Positions 1 to 9,758 of a stretch of 64,000 nucleotides of DNA are shown here, piece by piece (within the stretch, counting starts at the first letter, position 1; each line of letters opens with the position of its first letter). Under the pieces are notes generated by a model. That model made no database searches. It was not told the DNA's origin and saw only the letters and a program-made list of their open reading frames with translations. The stretch comes from an uncultured Bacteroidia bacterium. Its GTDB lineage: Bacteria > Bacteroidota > Bacteroidia > NS11-12g > UBA9320. The DNA lies in NCBI GenBank assembly GCA_943787465.1, contig CALSMN010000006.1, positions 205,105-269,104 of the forward strand, written 5' to 3'. Made by a program: the position numbers and the translations under genes.

Positions 1-866
1 ATGCAATCGGAAATAGAATAAAAGAAATCTCAAACACAAAATCTGTACTCTATGTGCCTTCAGAGCGATTCATCAATCAATATGTAGACAGTGCTAAAAA
101 TGGAAACTACAACGATTTTCTCCATTTTTACCAAATGATAGATGTGCTGATAGTTGACGACGTTCAGTTTTTAGCTAAAAAAGAGAAAACACAAGAAATA
201 TTTTTTCAAATTTTCAATTGTCTACACCAAAACGGGAAACAATTAATTCTTACTTCGGACAGAGCTCCAAAAGATTTGAAAGATGTAGATGAACGATTAT
301 TGTCTCGATTTAAATGGGGACTATCTGCCGATCTTCAAAATCCTGACTTTGATACACGCGTTTCAATCCTTGAACAAAAAATGTATCAAGACGGAATTAA
401 ATTTGCTCCAGAAGTCATTGAATATGTGGCTAATAAAGTGGATAATAACATTCGAGAATTAGAAGGAGCACTGATATCATTAATTGCTCAAGCATCACTC
501 AATAGAAAAGAAATTGATTTGGATATGACTAAGAAGATGATGAAGAACTTTGTAAAAAATTCATCTAGAGAAATTTCCATTGAATTTATTCAGAAACTCG
601 TTTCAGATTATTTCAGTGTTAGTGTAGATTTAATGAAATCAAAAACACGAAAACGTGAAATTGTACAAGCCAGACAAATTTCTATGTTCTTCGCTAAACA
701 ACTTACTCAGGCATCTTTAAAAAATATAGGCATGTATTTTGGCGGAAGAGATCACTCTACAGTCATTCATGCTTGCCAAACTGTAAATGATTTAATTGAT
801 ACTGATAAGAAATTCAAATCTGATGTTGATGAATTAACTAAACGGATTAAGATTAATACATATTAA
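1..866 (+). CDS. dnaA: Chromosomal replication initiator DnaA, 5'-truncated by the window edge (AAA+ domain and C-terminal DNA-binding domain present)
   Basis: The frame is open from position 3 (AIGNRIKEISNTKSVLYVPSERF...). Motifs LIVDDVQFLAKKEKTQEIFFQIFNCLHQNGKQLILTSDRAPKDL and the C-terminal helix-turn-helix region (RKREIVQARQISMFFAKQLT...GGRDHSTVIHA) are typical of DnaA. Confidence 0.9.
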   Translation, partial: AIGNRIKEISNTKSVLYVPSERFINQYVDSAKNGNYNDFLHFYQMIDVLIVDDVQFLAKKEKTQEIFFQIFNCLHQNGKQLILTSDRAPKDLKDVDERLLSRFKWGLSADLQNPDFDTRVSILEQKMYQDGIKFAPEVIEYVANKVDNNIRELEGALISLIAQASLNRKEIDLDMTKKMMKNFVKNSSREISIEFIQKLVSDYFSVSVDLMKSKTRKREIVQARQISMFFAKQLTQASLKNIGMYFGGRDHSTVIHACQTVNDLIDTDKKFKSDVDELTKRIKINTY

Positions 867-868
867 AT

Positions 869-1252
869 TTAGTTTTTTGGCAAGGAATGAAGATGTATTT
901 TATTCCCCTCCGTGTCTTTAAATATTGCATAACTACCCAATATTTTAGAAATTCTTGTGAAAGGTTCAATGACGCTTCCCCCTTCTTTTTTGACACGATC
1001 AAGTATAATGCTAATATCTCTAGGACAGTTTAAATAAATTAATTCACTAGAACTAACCCCTTTACTATCAAATGAATCAACAATACCACATACTACGCCC
1101 TGACTTGATTCATAAGGAAAAAGACCTATACGTTTGCCATTTATTTCCTGAGTTTTAATATCGAATAGCCAAATGGCTGAATAAAATTTTCGTGCTCTTT
1201 CAAAATCTATGACAGGAATATCCAACATGCGTTCAACATATCTTACTTTCAT
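869..1252 (-). CDS. Glyoxalase/VOC-family small protein
   Basis: 127 aa with a VOC-like beta-alpha-beta-beta-beta layout (IDFERARKFYS...GKRIGLFP...IFKDTEGNKIHL). Weak similarity to glyoxalase/bleomycin-resistance folds. Confidence 0.5.
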   Translation of the reverse strand: MKVRYVERMLDIPVIDFERARKFYSAIWLFDIKTQEINGKRIGLFPYESSQGVVCGIVDSFDSKGVSSSELIYLNCPRDISIILDRVKKEGGSVIEPFTRISKILGSYAIFKDTEGNKIHLHSLPKN

Positions 1253-1277
1253 TTTTTAATGTAAAGCTGCTACATTA

Positions 1278-1667
1278 TTAACTGATATAATCATATTCAA
1301 TCATATCTTGGAGTTCATATTCTTTCTCCATTAATTTATAGGAGACAATACTGATAACAAACGGTATAAACTTAGAAGTTAATAAATTGATTTTTGAGTG
1401 TTCTATTCCAATTTCATTCCAATCATGAATTAACTGAGATTGCAATGTATTTACAAAATGAATTTTATTCGGTGATTGATTCTGGTATGAAAAAAAATAA
1501 GATGCTTCAGAATAATCACGCAATAACTGATCACTACTCAAAGCACCCAATAAGTTTTGGGTGCTTTGGCAAACTTTTTTCGAATAACAAGAATCTATAC
1601 CAATATGATTTTCAACAAATTCGCATAAATCTATTTGATGATCTGCAATTAAAGTTTTAATTGTCAT
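1278..1667 (-). CDS. Hypothetical protein (129 aa)
   Basis: Long ORF co-oriented with the flanking minus-strand genes, with 4-nt and 25-nt gaps. No recognisable motif. The overlapping plus-strand ORF 1394..1660 is probably spurious. Confidence 0.4.
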   Translation of the reverse strand: MTIKTLIADHQIDLCEFVENHIGIDSCYSKKVCQSTQNLLGALSSDQLLRDYSEASYFFSYQNQSPNKIHFVNTLQSQLIHDWNEIGIEHSKINLLTSKFIPFVISIVSYKLMEKEYELQDMIEYDYIS

Positions 1668-1671
1668 GGTA

Positions 1672-2013
1672 CTAATTATAAATTGATGCTTTATTAAACT
1701 TTAGAGTCAACAGATAATAAACCATTGCTCTATACTTGTTACGATTAGATTTACCCATCTGATCCATAACATCTTGAATAGCTTCATCTAATTCTGGTCC
1801 ATCTTTCAGACCCAATTTTTTAATCAAAAAATTCTGCTTCACTGTTTCTAATTCCGATTTATCAGAACCTGAAACCTTACTTGAGTCCTGATTATATATC
1901 GATGGACCTAATCCTCTCGTTACTTTTTTCAATAACTCTACATCTACCTCAATCTTAATTGTGTTTTTAAATTCTGTAGTGTATTTCTCTAGTGCTTCTT
2001 CAAATTTGTTCAT
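1672..2013 (-). CDS. DUF2853-like small conserved protein
   Basis: 113 aa; ...TRGLGPSIYNQDSS...ELETVKQNFLIKKLGL...NRNKYRAMVYYLL resembles the Bacteroidetes DUF2853 family. Confidence 0.45.
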   Translation of the reverse strand: MNKFEEALEKYTTEFKNTIKIEVDVELLKKVTRGLGPSIYNQDSSKVSGSDKSELETVKQNFLIKKLGLKDGPELDEAIQDVMDQMGKSNRNKYRAMVYYLLTLKFNKASIYN

Positions 2014-2203
2014 ATTTTTAATTATTTATTTAGATGCTACGAACTAAATCGAATAATATTCAAAAAAATATGACCAATATCATATTTGGATATGATTTTT
2101 ATACATCAATAAATCCATAATCACCTTTACCTAATAATATTGCTGACTTTACTTGAAAGTATATAATTCAAAAGGCATAACATAAACTATGCATAATTAA
2201 AAC

Positions 2204-2211
2204 TACCTTTG
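2204..2211 (+). promoter_or_regulatory. Candidate Bacteroidetes sigmaA -7 element (TAnnTTTG) for typA
   Basis: TACCTTTG lies 25 nt upstream of the typA ATG. No clear -33 TTG at the expected spacing. Confidence 0.25.
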
Positions 2212-2235
2212 CACCTTTAAATTCAGAAAAGCGGT

Positions 2236-4044
2236 ATGCAAAAAATCAGAAACGTTGCTATTATAGCACACGTTGACCATGGAAAAACTACCTTGGTTGA
2301 TAAAATTCTAGAATCTTGTAAATTTTTTAAAGATCACCAAAAACCCGGAGAACTAGTGATGGATAATAATGATCTTGAGAAAGAAAGAGGCATCACCATT
2401 CTTTCAAAAAATGTTTCCGTACAATATAAAGAGACCAAGATTAATATCATAGACACCCCAGGGCACAGTGATTTTGGAGGTGAAGTTGAACGTGTGATGA
2501 ATATGGCAGATGGCGTACTGCTTTTGGTAGATGCTTTTGAAGGTCCAATGCCACAAACTCGCTTTGTTTTACAAAAAGCTCTTGAGGCTGGTTTAAAACC
2601 AGTTGTTGTTGTAAACAAAGTAGATAAAGAAAACTGTACTCCGGATGAAGTTCATGAAAAGGTTTTTGATCTCATGTTTGCATTAGATGCTAATGAGGAG
2701 CAATTAGACTTTGTGACTATCTATGGTAGTGCTAAAAATGGATGGATGAGTTTGGATTGGAAACAACCATCTGATAACATGTATGCTGTATTAGATGCTA
2801 TCATTGATCATGTACCTCCTCCAAATCAAGAAGAAGGAAATACACAAATGATGATTACATCCTTAGATTTCAGTAAGTATACTGGAAGAATTGCTATTGG
2901 TAAACTAAAAAGAGGTGAACTCTCATTAAATCAACATGTGTCCCTAGTAAAAAGAGATGGATCTATCACTAAAAGTAAAATAAAAGAACTTTTCGTCTAT
3001 GATGGATTAGCTAAAGAAAAAGTAGATGCTGTTTTAGCTGGTGAGATATGTGCTATCTCTGGTCTTGAAAGTTTTGAGATTGGTGATACCATATCCGATA
3101 TTGAAAACCCTGAAGCGCTTCCTGCCATTACCATTGACGAACCTACGATTAGTATGCTTTTCACCATCAATGATTCACCTTTCTTTGGAAAAGAAGGCAA
3201 ATATGTGACGAGCAGACACATTAAAGACAGACTAGAGCAGGAATTAGAAAGAAATCTTGCAATGAAGCTTCAAGAAACAGCAAGTGCTGATTCTTTTCTT
3301 GTATTTGGTCGTGGAGTTCTTCACTTAGCAGTTTTAATAGAAACTATGAGAAGAGAAGGCTATGAGTTGCAAATTGGACAACCTCGGGTTATTATTAAAG
3401 AAATAAATGGTAGTAAATGTGAACCCATTGAAGAACTTACAATTGATGTCCCTGACCACCATAGTGGTAAAGTGATTGAGTTTGTTTCCTTACGTAAAGG
3501 CAATATGCTTACGATGGAACCTAAAGGAGATGTTATGCACCTCGAATTTGAAATTCCTTCTCGTGGTATTATTGGACTTCGAAACACTTTACTAACAACA
3601 ACGCAAGGAGAAGCTATCATTTCTCACCGATTCAAAGAATTTCAAGAACATAAAGGCGATATACCTCAACGCATTAATGGTTCTTTAATTAGTATGGAAA
3701 AAGGGAATGCTATACCCTATTCCCTAAATAATTTACAAGAACGAGGTAAGTTTTTTGTAACCCCCAATCAGGAAATTTACGAAGGTCAAGTTGTTGGTGA
3801 GCATAGCAGACCAGGGGATGTAGTTGTGAATTTAACTAAAGCAAAAAAACAAAGCAATGTACGGTCCAGTGGTGCAGATGAAAAAATTAAGCTTATACCA
3901 CCACAAATTTTTTCGTTAGAAGAAGCTTTAGAATACATTCAAGCAGATGAGTATGTTGAAGTAACCCCAGAAAATATTCGTCTAAGAAAAATACATCTTA
4001 AAGAACATGAACGGAAAAGAGCTAAAAATACCGTTGCACTATAA
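2236..4044 (+). CDS. typA: Translational GTPase TypA/BipA
   Basis: N-terminal IRNVAIIAHVDHGKTTLVDKIL G1 motif and DTPGHSDF G3 motif; 602 aa, the typical TypA size; EF-G-like domain layout. Confidence 0.95.
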   Translation: MQKIRNVAIIAHVDHGKTTLVDKILESCKFFKDHQKPGELVMDNNDLEKERGITILSKNVSVQYKETKINIIDTPGHSDFGGEVERVMNMADGVLLLVDAFEGPMPQTRFVLQKALEAGLKPVVVVNKVDKENCTPDEVHEKVFDLMFALDANEEQLDFVTIYGSAKNGWMSLDWKQPSDNMYAVLDAIIDHVPPPNQEEGNTQMMITSLDFSKYTGRIAIGKLKRGELSLNQHVSLVKRDGSITKSKIKELFVYDGLAKEKVDAVLAGEICAISGLESFEIGDTISDIENPEALPAITIDEPTISMLFTINDSPFFGKEGKYVTSRHIKDRLEQELERNLAMKLQETASADSFLVFGRGVLHLAVLIETMRREGYELQIGQPRVIIKEINGSKCEPIEELTIDVPDHHSGKVIEFVSLRKGNMLTMEPKGDVMHLEFEIPSRGIIGLRNTLLTTTQGEAIISHRFKEFQEHKGDIPQRINGSLISMEKGNAIPYSLNNLQERGKFFVTPNQEIYEGQVVGEHSRPGDVVVNLTKAKKQSNVRSSGADEKIKLIPPQIFSLEEALEYIQADEYVEVTPENIRLRKIHLKEHERKRAKNTVAL

Positions 4045-4087
4045 GTAGTATTTGCATCTATTATATGAGATAGTTTACCTTTGAACA

Positions 4088-4945
4088 GTGAGTAAATTAT
4101 TATTCTATATTTTAATAAAGCCCATTTCATATTTACCCTATCGCATACTATATGCTATATCAGACATACTATTCATTATAATCTTCTACATTATACCTTA
4201 TCGAAAGAAAGTAGTTATAAATAACTTATTTAATGCTTTCCCGAAAAAATCATCACAAGAAATAAATCAATTAGCTCGAAATTTCTATTGCCATTTGTGT
4301 GATTTAGTAGTAGAAAGTATAAAACTATTTAGTATTTCTGAAGCAGAAGCAATCAAGAGATTTAGATTCCTTAATCCTGAATTACTTCAAAAATATTACG
4401 ACCAAGGCAAAGATGTAATTCTTGTAGGTGGACATTATAATAATTGGGAATTGTTAGCTGTGGCTATAAATAATCTTGTTCCACATCAATGTGTTGGAAT
4501 TTACACTCCATTGAGTAATCCATTTTTTGAAAAAAAAATGAAATTATCTCGAAGTAAATATGGTTTAAAAATGATTACCAAAAGAGAAGTCCCTTCTTTT
4601 TTTGCAGAAAAACATAATGAACCTCAAGCGACTATTTTTGGAGCAGATCAGAGTCCAACTTACAGTAAAAAGGTATACTGGACCACTTTTCTAAATCAAG
4701 ATACTGCTGTAGCTTTGGGTACCGAAAGGTTTTCCAAAAAATATGACCTCCCGGTTATCTATTGTTCTATAAATAAAGATAAACGTGGATTTTATTCCTC
4801 TAAATTTACGTTAATTACCGAGACGCCAAAAACAACAAATGATGGAGAAATAACCCAAATGCATACTAGTGCATTAGAAAAACAAATTATTCAAAAACCC
4901 GAATTTTGGCTATGGACACACAAGCGATGGAAACGTAAACGATAA
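4088..4945 (+). CDS. Lipid A biosynthesis (Kdo2-lipid IVA) acyltransferase family protein (LpxL/HtrB-like lysophospholipid acyltransferase)
   Basis: N-terminal membrane anchor and a GGHYNNWELL (H-x4-E-like) acyltransferase motif; 285 aa. Confidence 0.65.
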   Translation: MSKLLFYILIKPISYLPYRILYAISDILFIIIFYIIPYRKKVVINNLFNAFPKKSSQEINQLARNFYCHLCDLVVESIKLFSISEAEAIKRFRFLNPELLQKYYDQGKDVILVGGHYNNWELLAVAINNLVPHQCVGIYTPLSNPFFEKKMKLSRSKYGLKMITKREVPSFFAEKHNEPQATIFGADQSPTYSKKVYWTTFLNQDTAVALGTERFSKKYDLPVIYCSINKDKRGFYSSKFTLITETPKTTNDGEITQMHTSALEKQIIQKPEFWLWTHKRWKRKR

Positions 4946-4951
4946 TTTCGT

Positions 4952-5470
4952 ATGAATTTAAACCATAACATAATAAAAGGAAAGGATGTTTTTATTGCTC
5001 CTAATGCTACAGTATTAGGTCATGTTTCCTTAGGTGATGAGGTCAGTATATGGTTTGGAGCAGTTTTAAGAGGAGACAGTGATGCCATCACTATAGGAGA
5101 TCAAACCAATATTCAAGACAATGCCGTTATTCATTGTGATCCTGGCCAACCTACCCAAATTGGGAAATCTTGCGTTATAGGTCATGGAGCTATTGTTCAT
5201 GGAGCCAAGTTAGAGAATCACGTTTTGGTGGGTATGAATGCTGTCATACTAAACAATGCAATTATTGGAGAATATTCAATTATAGGGGCAAATGCCTTAG
5301 TAACAGGAGACACTATTATTCCACCTAAATCGCTAGTCTTAGGATCACCTGCAAAAGTGGTCGGAAGTATTACGGACCAACAAATAGATAAAATCAGACA
5401 GAATGCTACCGAATATGTAGCTAAAAGTAAAGCATATATTAGCCATTATGCCAATGGTAGCAATGATTGA
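4952..5470 (+). CDS. Gamma-carbonic-anhydrase / hexapeptide-repeat (left-handed beta-helix) family protein
   Basis: Hexapeptide repeats throughout (VSLGDEVSIWFGAVLRGD...IGDQTNIQDNAVIH...) with conserved His residues, like PaaY/YrdA. Confidence 0.75.
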   Translation: MNLNHNIIKGKDVFIAPNATVLGHVSLGDEVSIWFGAVLRGDSDAITIGDQTNIQDNAVIHCDPGQPTQIGKSCVIGHGAIVHGAKLENHVLVGMNAVILNNAIIGEYSIIGANALVTGDTIIPPKSLVLGSPAKVVGSITDQQIDKIRQNATEYVAKSKAYISHYANGSND

Positions 5471-5564
5471 TAAAATCAATTGGATTTATTTATAATACTA
5501 TTCAAAATCAAAATATACTTACCTAAAACTAGCCTTATCTTTGCACTAAATATAAATTAAAAAT

Positions 5565-6197
5565 ATGTCAGTACTCGTAGGAAGAAAAGCTCCCCATTTT
5601 AGTGCAGGAGCAGTAATTAACGGAGAAGAAATAGTCGAAAATTTTTCGTTAGATCAGTATGAAGGAAGTAATTATGTTATACTTTTCTTTTATCCAAAAG
5701 ATTTCACATTTGTATGTCCAACCGAATTGCATGCATTTCAAGCCAAACTTTCCGAATTTGAAGAACGTGGATGTAAAGTAATTGCTTGTTCAACAGATAC
5801 AGAAGAAAGTCACTGGGGATGGTTACAAGTTGCCAAAGATAATGGAGGTATCGAAGGAGTTACCTATCCAATTATTGCTGATACGTCCAAAACCATTTCA
5901 ACCAACTATGGTGTTCTAGCTGGCGAATACGATTACAATGAAAATAATGAGCTAATTGCTACTGGACCAATGGTTGCATATAGAGGTCTTTTCTTAATTG
6001 ATAAAAATGGCATGGTTCGCCATCAACTGGTAAATGATCTTCCCCTAGGACGAAATGTGGATGAAGCATTAAGAATCCTTGACGCTTTGATTCACTTGGA
6101 AACTAATGGAGAAGTTTGCCCAGCCAATTGGGAAAAAGGCAAGGAAGGCATGAATGCTACATTCGAAGGTGTTGCAGACTATCTAGCTAAAAATTAA
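5565..6197 (+). CDS. Typical 2-Cys peroxiredoxin (AhpC/Tsa family)
   Basis: FTFVCPTEL peroxidatic-Cys motif and C-terminal GEVCPANW resolving-Cys motif. Confidence 0.9.
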   Translation: MSVLVGRKAPHFSAGAVINGEEIVENFSLDQYEGSNYVILFFYPKDFTFVCPTELHAFQAKLSEFEERGCKVIACSTDTEESHWGWLQVAKDNGGIEGVTYPIIADTSKTISTNYGVLAGEYDYNENNELIATGPMVAYRGLFLIDKNGMVRHQLVNDLPLGRNVDEALRILDALIHLETNGEVCPANWEKGKEGMNATFEGVADYLAKN

Positions 6198-6213
6198 CTT
6201 TATACATTTATAT

Positions 6214-6244
6214 AAAAAAAGCGGCTCATGGGCCGCTTTTTTTT
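6214..6244. terminator. Bidirectional rho-independent terminator
   Basis: A7-GCGGCTCATGGGCCGC-T8 lies between the convergent peroxiredoxin (+) and the small ORF/thioredoxin operon (-). Confidence 0.7.
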
Positions 6245-6485
6245 ATGAAATACTCTTTCTGACTTTGACCGCATATTCTCGCAAAGCGGTCTTTATATCT
6301 GATTTATTTTCTGCTACATATTCTTGAACAAAAATAGCCGCTAAAACATGGGTTAATTGCTCACCTTCATCATCTCCCTCAATCTCAGTTGGCGTGGGTA
6401 GTTCGTTGTACAAGGCTTCTTCAGCAGCTCGAAGTTCATCCATAGATAAATGCTCCGCTATTTTTTTGATTACTCCAATTTTCAT
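6243..6485 (-). CDS. Small acidic hypothetical protein (80 aa), translationally coupled to thioredoxin
   Basis: Its start codon overlaps the thioredoxin stop (ATGA). Acidic and helical in composition. Confidence 0.45.
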   Translation of the reverse strand: MKIGVIKKIAEHLSMDELRAAEEALYNELPTPTEIEGDDEGEQLTHVLAAIFVQEYVAENKSDIKTALREYAVKVRKSIS

Positions 6486-6799
6486 AAAATTGAATCTAAC
6501 ATTTCAACCAATTTTTCTTCTTTACTAGTTGCAACACCTTCTACTAAATTACCATCTTTAAAAACAGCAAAAAATGGAAGATTATCTACCCCACCTAACC
6601 TTCTAGCTACTGGATTTTCTTCAGCATTCACATCCAAAAAAGTAATATTTGCATACCGTTCGTCGTTGGATAAACGTTTGTATTTTGGCGAGAACAACTT
6701 ACAAGTACCACACCAATTGGCATAGTACTTAACTACAATTTTATCATGATTAACTAATTGATTATTGAAATCTTGATCTTTACTTTCTTCTACTGACAT
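6482..6799 (-). CDS. Thioredoxin
   Basis: WCGTCK active site; 105 aa. Confidence 0.85.
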   Translation of the reverse strand: MSVEESKDQDFNNQLVNHDKIVVKYYANWCGTCKLFSPKYKRLSNDERYANITFLDVNAEENPVARRLGGVDNLPFFAVFKDGNLVEGVATSKEEKLVEMLDSIL

Positions 6800-6899
6800 A
6801 ACGCAAATATATTCTTCAAAATTATAGATTGATTAAATTGAATTCTGATTATCCTATAGAAAAGTGTTATAGTCAAATGGATAAGTAAATTTGTTGTAA

Positions 6900-8498
6900 A
6901 TGAAACCATATTACATTCTTGTTTTATTTTTTATGGCTTGTTCTAAACCAAAACAAGCTTCTATTAATCGGTTTTCAGATGAGGCTTTAATTCAAATTTA
7001 TGAATTACAAGACCGAAGAGAAACAAAACAGCTATTTCCTTATCTCAAGGCAAAAAAAGAAGAACACAGGATTGCTGCAGCATTAGCATTTGCTAGCATT
7101 CAAGATACTACAGCCATACCATACTTGAATCAAATGCTTCAAATAGATCAGGATCCAATGCCCCGAAGAGCTGCTGCATTTGCCCTTGGTCAAATAGGAA
7201 AATCATCAGCATTGAATATCTTAAAGGCAGCATTTGATGGTGAATTATACAACCCTAACCGTAGATATATTCTCGAAGCTATCGGGAAATGTGGAGATTC
7301 TTCAACACTATCTGTATTTGAAAAAAATAATTATACAGATAGCGCTATTCGTCTAGGATGGATATATGGCGTTTTAAGAATGGGTCAAAAAGGATTTTAT
7401 TCAAAATCTATCAACAATCGAGTGATTCATATGCTCAACGACCCCTCTATGTCAGTAGCTCTAGTTGCAGGTGCTTTTACTCGTAAATTAATTACTACTA
7501 AACAATATAGCCCAGATATTGATTCATTAATTCAGAATTTAAGGTATCCCGAGCTTCAATTGCAATTTGATTATAAGCCAAAATCTGTTTTAATCGACTT
7601 TGACCATTCTTTTCTGGAGACATATGAAAAGTTGGACCCCTATGAAAAAGTGTCTAAAATACAGCAGTTGAATGCTGGTAATTTTCAGCAATTTCTCTTT
7701 TCCGAAATTCAATCTCGTAGCTCCCATGTAATGGTTAAAAATGAAGCATTTAGAAAATATTGTGATACCTATGCTGAAGATCGATGGAATATCATTAAGA
7801 AAATATTATCAGACTCTAATATGGCGCTTACTAGTCTAGCCAGTAATCAAATTGAAGACATATCTGAAGTAGACTCTATTGATCCTGATTTAAGAGATGA
7901 GCTATTCAAGCTATGCAATTATGCCATCAAAAAACTAGAGTTACCCAGGCAAGCTGAAACCTATATTGATTTAACTAAAGCTATTAATCATTTAGATCCT
8001 ACATCAAATTTATCTTTTTCGCCTCAATACAATCATCCCATTGATTGGACTTATGTTAAAATGATCCCAAACAATCAAAAAGTTGTCATAATTACAACCC
8101 AGGGAGAAATAACTCTAGAACTATTCGTAGATGATGCACCCGGAACCGTTTCTAATTTTTTAAAATTAGTGGATGCACAATTTTATAATAACAAATACTT
8201 TCATAGGGTTGTACCAAACTTTGTGATACAAGGAGGATGTCCACGTGGTGATGGTTGGGGAAGTTTGAATTGGAGTCAGCGTAGTGAATTTAGTAATTAT
8301 AAAACATATCAGACAGGTACTGTTGGTATAGCATCTTCGGGAAAAGACACTGAAGGTGTTCAATTTTTTATCACCCATTGCCCTACCCCTCATCTGGATG
8401 GAAGATACACCATCTTTGCCCAGGTTATTGATGGTTTAGAAATTATTCAAAAAATAACTATTGGTGATCAGATATTATCAGTTAGAAAATTACCCTAA
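6900..8498 (+). CDS. Lipoprotein with an N-terminal HEAT-repeat domain fused to a C-terminal cyclophilin-type peptidyl-prolyl cis-trans isomerase
   Basis: Lipobox signal MKPYYILVLFFMAC; HEAT-like repeats (AAALAFASIQD.., RRAAAFALGQIG..); the C-terminal 160 aa carry FHRVVPNFVIQGGCPRGDGWGS...GTVGIASSGKDTEGVQFFI, the cyclophilin signature. Confidence 0.75.
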   Translation: MKPYYILVLFFMACSKPKQASINRFSDEALIQIYELQDRRETKQLFPYLKAKKEEHRIAAALAFASIQDTTAIPYLNQMLQIDQDPMPRRAAAFALGQIGKSSALNILKAAFDGELYNPNRRYILEAIGKCGDSSTLSVFEKNNYTDSAIRLGWIYGVLRMGQKGFYSKSINNRVIHMLNDPSMSVALVAGAFTRKLITTKQYSPDIDSLIQNLRYPELQLQFDYKPKSVLIDFDHSFLETYEKLDPYEKVSKIQQLNAGNFQQFLFSEIQSRSSHVMVKNEAFRKYCDTYAEDRWNIIKKILSDSNMALTSLASNQIEDISEVDSIDPDLRDELFKLCNYAIKKLELPRQAETYIDLTKAINHLDPTSNLSFSPQYNHPIDWTYVKMIPNNQKVVIITTQGEITLELFVDDAPGTVSNFLKLVDAQFYNNKYFHRVVPNFVIQGGCPRGDGWGSLNWSQRSEFSNYKTYQTGTVGIASSGKDTEGVQFFITHCPTPHLDGRYTIFAQVIDGLEIIQKITIGDQILSVRKLP

Positions 8499-8549
8499 TA
8501 TAAAAAGAAACTCAAAATCTAATTCGATACATAGGTGTTATACCATAGC

Positions 8550-9758
8550 ATGATATTCAAACTGGCATGGAGAAACATATTTAGGAATAAACGTCGAAGC
8601 TTAATTACTATTTCTTCTATCATTTTTGCCGTTATTTTTTCAGTATTAATGCGTTCGCTTCAACATGGAGCTTATGATAATATGCTAAAAAATATAGTTG
8701 GAAATTATCAGGGATATGTGCAAGTTCACTACAAAGGATTTTGGGACGAAAAAACCATCGATAATAGTTTTTACATTCATGATTTAGATACCCTTGAAAG
8801 AAACAAGTATATCCAATATATCAATCCCAGAATAGAGGGATATGCACTAGCTTCCTTTAAAAAAGAGTCTAAACCTGTTATCGTTTTAGGTATCGACTTA
8901 GCTAAGGAACGCCACACAATCCAATTACAAAACAAAGTAATCAAAGGGTCTTTCATTCAGGAAAATGAAGAAGGAATTATAATAGGAAAAGGGCTTCAAA
9001 AAATCATGAATCTTCAAATAAATGATTCCTTAGTTTTCCTAAGTCAAGGGTATCAGGGTTCTTTAGCCTCTGGAATATATCCAGTCGTTGGAATTATTGA
9101 TTTGAAGACACCCGAACTTAATAAACGAACGGTGATTATGAACTTGAATCAAACCCAAACATTTTTTGGATTAGAAAATATGGCAACCACTGCCGTTATT
9201 GGACCTGTAAATGGAGATTGGGAAAAGGCAGAATTTGAATTAAATCAGGTTTTAGATACACAAAATTTAGAGGTGATGAATTGGCAAGAAATGCTACCTG
9301 AACTAAAACAACTTATCACGGTCGATCGGGCAGGAGGAACATTTGTGCTAATTATTTTATATAGTATTCTCACCTTTAGTCTTTTTGGGACTGTATTGAT
9401 GTTGGCAGAGGAACGAAATTTTGAATTTGGTGTACTTATTGCATTGGGTATGGCTAAATCAAAAATTATTCAAACAACTATCCTCGAAACATTAATAATG
9501 GCACTTGTTGGAGTTCTATCTGGATTAATAATCACACTGCCAATAGTTATTTATTTTAACATTTTCCCAATCAATCTCAGTGGTCAGATGCAAGAAGTTG
9601 TAGAACAGTTTGGTTTTGAAGCTCTTTTACCTACTTCTCTTGATCCAAAAATAAGCCTTACTCAAGCCGCAATAGTATTTCTGATCGTATTGCTTGTAAA
9701 TTCCTACTCGATTATCAAAATTAGAAGAATTAATCCAACAAAAGCTATGCGATCATGA
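8550..9758 (+). CDS. FtsX-family ABC transporter permease (LolC/LolE-like), first of two
   Basis: N-terminal TM, large periplasmic loop and 3 C-terminal TMs, the MacB/FtsX architecture. Its stop overlaps the next permease start (ATGA). An alternative start at 8535 is possible. Confidence 0.7.
   Translation: MIFKLAWRNIFRNKRRSLITISSIIFAVIFSVLMRSLQHGAYDNMLKNIVGNYQGYVQVHYKGFWDEKTIDNSFYIHDLDTLERNKYIQYINPRIEGYALASFKKESKPVIVLGIDLAKERHTIQLQNKVIKGSFIQENEEGIIIGKGLQKIMNLQINDSLVFLSQGYQGSLASGIYPVVGIIDLKTPELNKRTVIMNLNQTQTFFGLENMATTAVIGPVNGDWEKAEFELNQVLDTQNLEVMNWQEMLPELKQLITVDRAGGTFVLIILYSILTFSLFGTVLMLAEERNFEFGVLIALGMAKSKIIQTTILETLIMALVGVLSGLIITLPIVIYFNIFPINLSGQMQEVVEQFGFEALLPTSLDPKISLTQAAIVFLIVLLVNSYSIIKIRRINPTKAMRS

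Noticed and set aside
867-2235. Searched for DnaA boxes (TTATCCACA / TGTGGATAA) downstream of dnaA as a possible oriC
   Set aside because: No convincing matches or clustered repeats. oriC is more likely upstream of dnaA, outside the window.
2334-3620. Minus-strand ORFs (94, 74 and 86 aa) inside typA
   Set aside because: Antisense to a highly conserved gene, with low-complexity Ser/Pro-rich translations; typical shadow ORFs.
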